The notes under the pieces: model-generated
What the model was told of the DNA's origin: nothing
The model's database searches: none
Seen by the model: only the letters and a program-made list of their open reading frames with translations
Shown here: one piece after another, positions 62,206-64,000 of the stretch
Layout: the number at the start of each line of letters is the position of its first letter
How positions within the stretch are numbered: position 1 is the stretch's first letter
Translations under genes and position numbers: made by a program
Source of the DNA: Podarcis cretensis
Lineage: Eukaryota
Direction of reading: 5' to 3'
Length of the DNA stretch: 64,000 bases
Assembly: GCA_951804945.1 (NCBI GenBank)
Contig: OX638157.1
Location: forward strand, 31,372,001 to 31,436,000

Positions 62206-62339
62206 CAGCAGCAGCCAATGTGGTGCCCTCTGCATATTGTGGACTACAACTCCCATCACTCATGACCAGTAGATCTGCCAGGAACTGATGGGACTTGTAG
62301 TCCAGCCAAATCTGGAGGGCATCACATTGGCTATGCCTG
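62206..62339. mobile_element. hAT-type palindromic MITE
   Basis: AGCCAATGTGGTGCCCTC..GGACTACAACTCCCATCA / TGATGGGACTTGTAGTCC..GAGGGCATCACATTGGCT inverted arms. Confidence 0.8.
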
Positions 62340-62537
62340 CTTTTGTCACAGTAATTGAGCTAAAAATTGTTATTAAATATATTTATTCATAGTTATGCTT
62401 GAGCGTAAAACTTAAATGACTGGAAACCTATAATCAGAACAAAGCTTGTAGAGAGGATATTGAAAGAATTCCTGGAGCTTGCATTTGTGGAGTGGTGTAG
62501 AAATGTGTATGATTGTGCAGGGCATCAATGTGCTCAC

Positions 62538-62592
62538 TAGAATCATAGAATTGTACAGTTGGAAGCGATCCTAAGGATCATCAACCCCCTGC
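62538..62592 (-). mobile_element. Short CR1 or CR1-tailed SINE 3' end
   Basis: TAGAATCATAGAATTGTACAGTTGGAAG..CCCCCTGC. Confidence 0.65.
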
Positions 62593-64000
62593 TCCTATGT
62601 CACTTTTTAGCTTTTTGAGCCTTCCCCCAGCTATACTAGATCACAATCCAAAGTTGAGCTTTCTCTTAAAACAGCTTTGCACAAAAGTCTGCAATGCAAT
62701 GGGAAGCATGGGTGCTGGATGGTTATTCTAATTTTCAGATCTGAATAATGAGCTTGGACGTTAATTACAAAATAGTTCACTTTGGTTCTTGCTTACAGTC
62801 ACCAATGAATTTATCCAGTCAATAGTTGATGATCTGCAGATAACACATTAGCAGTTCAATTTTGTATGGTCTAATCTAATGCATCAAATTATAAACTTCA
62901 AAAACAACTGTTGATAATGTTTTCACAATACACATTTGGTGGAATAATGTGTCAAAGTGTATTCTGCCACCTTGTGGGTTTTTTTGCAAATAGCAATTTC
63001 AGGATTTTAGTTTCAAAGTACTTGGATTAATATGTATGCATGTACATATGTTTGTGAGTGTGTGTGAGCGTTTTACTGTTTAAAAACCTATAATTGATAT
63101 CCACCAGGGCCTTGCATTTATTCTGTTATGAAGTGGACAAAAATGTGTCTCTTCAGAAAGGCTTTTGGGCAGAATGTTTCCTTTTCAAGGTGTATTTTTC
63201 TTAATGCTGTTCCTGTTTTGACTGCTGTTCCCATAAACTGAGGATGCTGTTTATTGAGCATTCGTCCTGATTTGTTTGCACAAAATTTGCAAGGTGGCTA
63301 TATGATATTGGCTGTTGATTTTGAATTGTTTGCAGGGAGGTTATATAGTGCCATGTCGAGCAATTGTTATCCCACACTTTCCAGGGCCTTTCCCCATCAC
63401 TTTCCTTGGTGCAGAAAGCCCCCCTTTTTTTGGCAAGTGATTTTGTTGCACAGTAGTGCCACAGTAGCACACAACTCGTTTTGATTAATTTTTTGTTGCA
63501 AATATTTCAACAATCCCAAAGTCTGAGAATGAGTAGCATAGAAGTTGTAAAGGTGGAGTGTCATGGTAAGTTGGCTGTTCTGCTGAAGAGCACTTAAAGT
63601 CTGTGTACATGTTGTCTCTAGAAATGACTTTGCATAGAAGCTCTCATATGACGAAACTGTACATGAATATGTTGCTAGAAAAACCAGAAAAAAGAGTAGT
63701 TTGTAAAATGTGCTTCATGTAACATGGGGCAATCCAGTACAGCAATTTTAATCAAAATCTGAAATGTAGTAGTTAACTCTTTTTTTTTAAATTGTGGTGC
63801 TCTGTCGCAGAACCCCACCTTGCTGCTGGTTGCAAAGGGGCCTCCATAACAGTGCAAGCTTCAAGGGCCAAAAAATGCAGGTCCACCACTGGATATGATA
63901 TATCACTTTTAAATACTGTTGGGAATATCCAGTGTCCCTTCAATCCATTCTTCCTACTGCCTTCCCTGCAAACTACAACCCCATAGCAGATTTGGGAAAG

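Overview
AT-rich squamate genomic DNA, most likely from a lacertid lizard (inferred from Sauria SINEs, Squam3-type SINEs, BovB and CR1). I recognise no host protein-coding exon, so the window looks like a gene desert or a very large intron. Every convincing coding signal belongs to a retroelement: an L1 ORF2 RT fragment (1-1509), a BovB 3' end, two young CR1 copies and older CR1/L2 relics. There are also two solo LTRs with 5-bp TSDs, a Penelope mini-element with a degenerate minimal hammerhead ribozyme, many SINEs, Tc1/mariner, hAT and Harbinger MITEs, and microsatellites, separated by unique CNE-like stretches. Main findings: (1) a complete, apparently young but non-coding 1.62-kb L1-derived element (HAL1-like, non-autonomous) inserted with a perfect 16-bp TSD into the 3' microsatellite of a young CR1; (2) two unrelated solo LTRs that each carry an acidic Ser/Glu/Pro-rich ORF starting just inside one LTR end, a possible LTR-encoded accessory protein; (3) a hAT > SINE > CR1 nested insertion with microhomology-bounded deletions; (4) an orphan CCAAT-GC-TATA core promoter cassette; (5) a 70-nt hairpin in unique DNA. 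Family names come from motif recognition, not from database searches.
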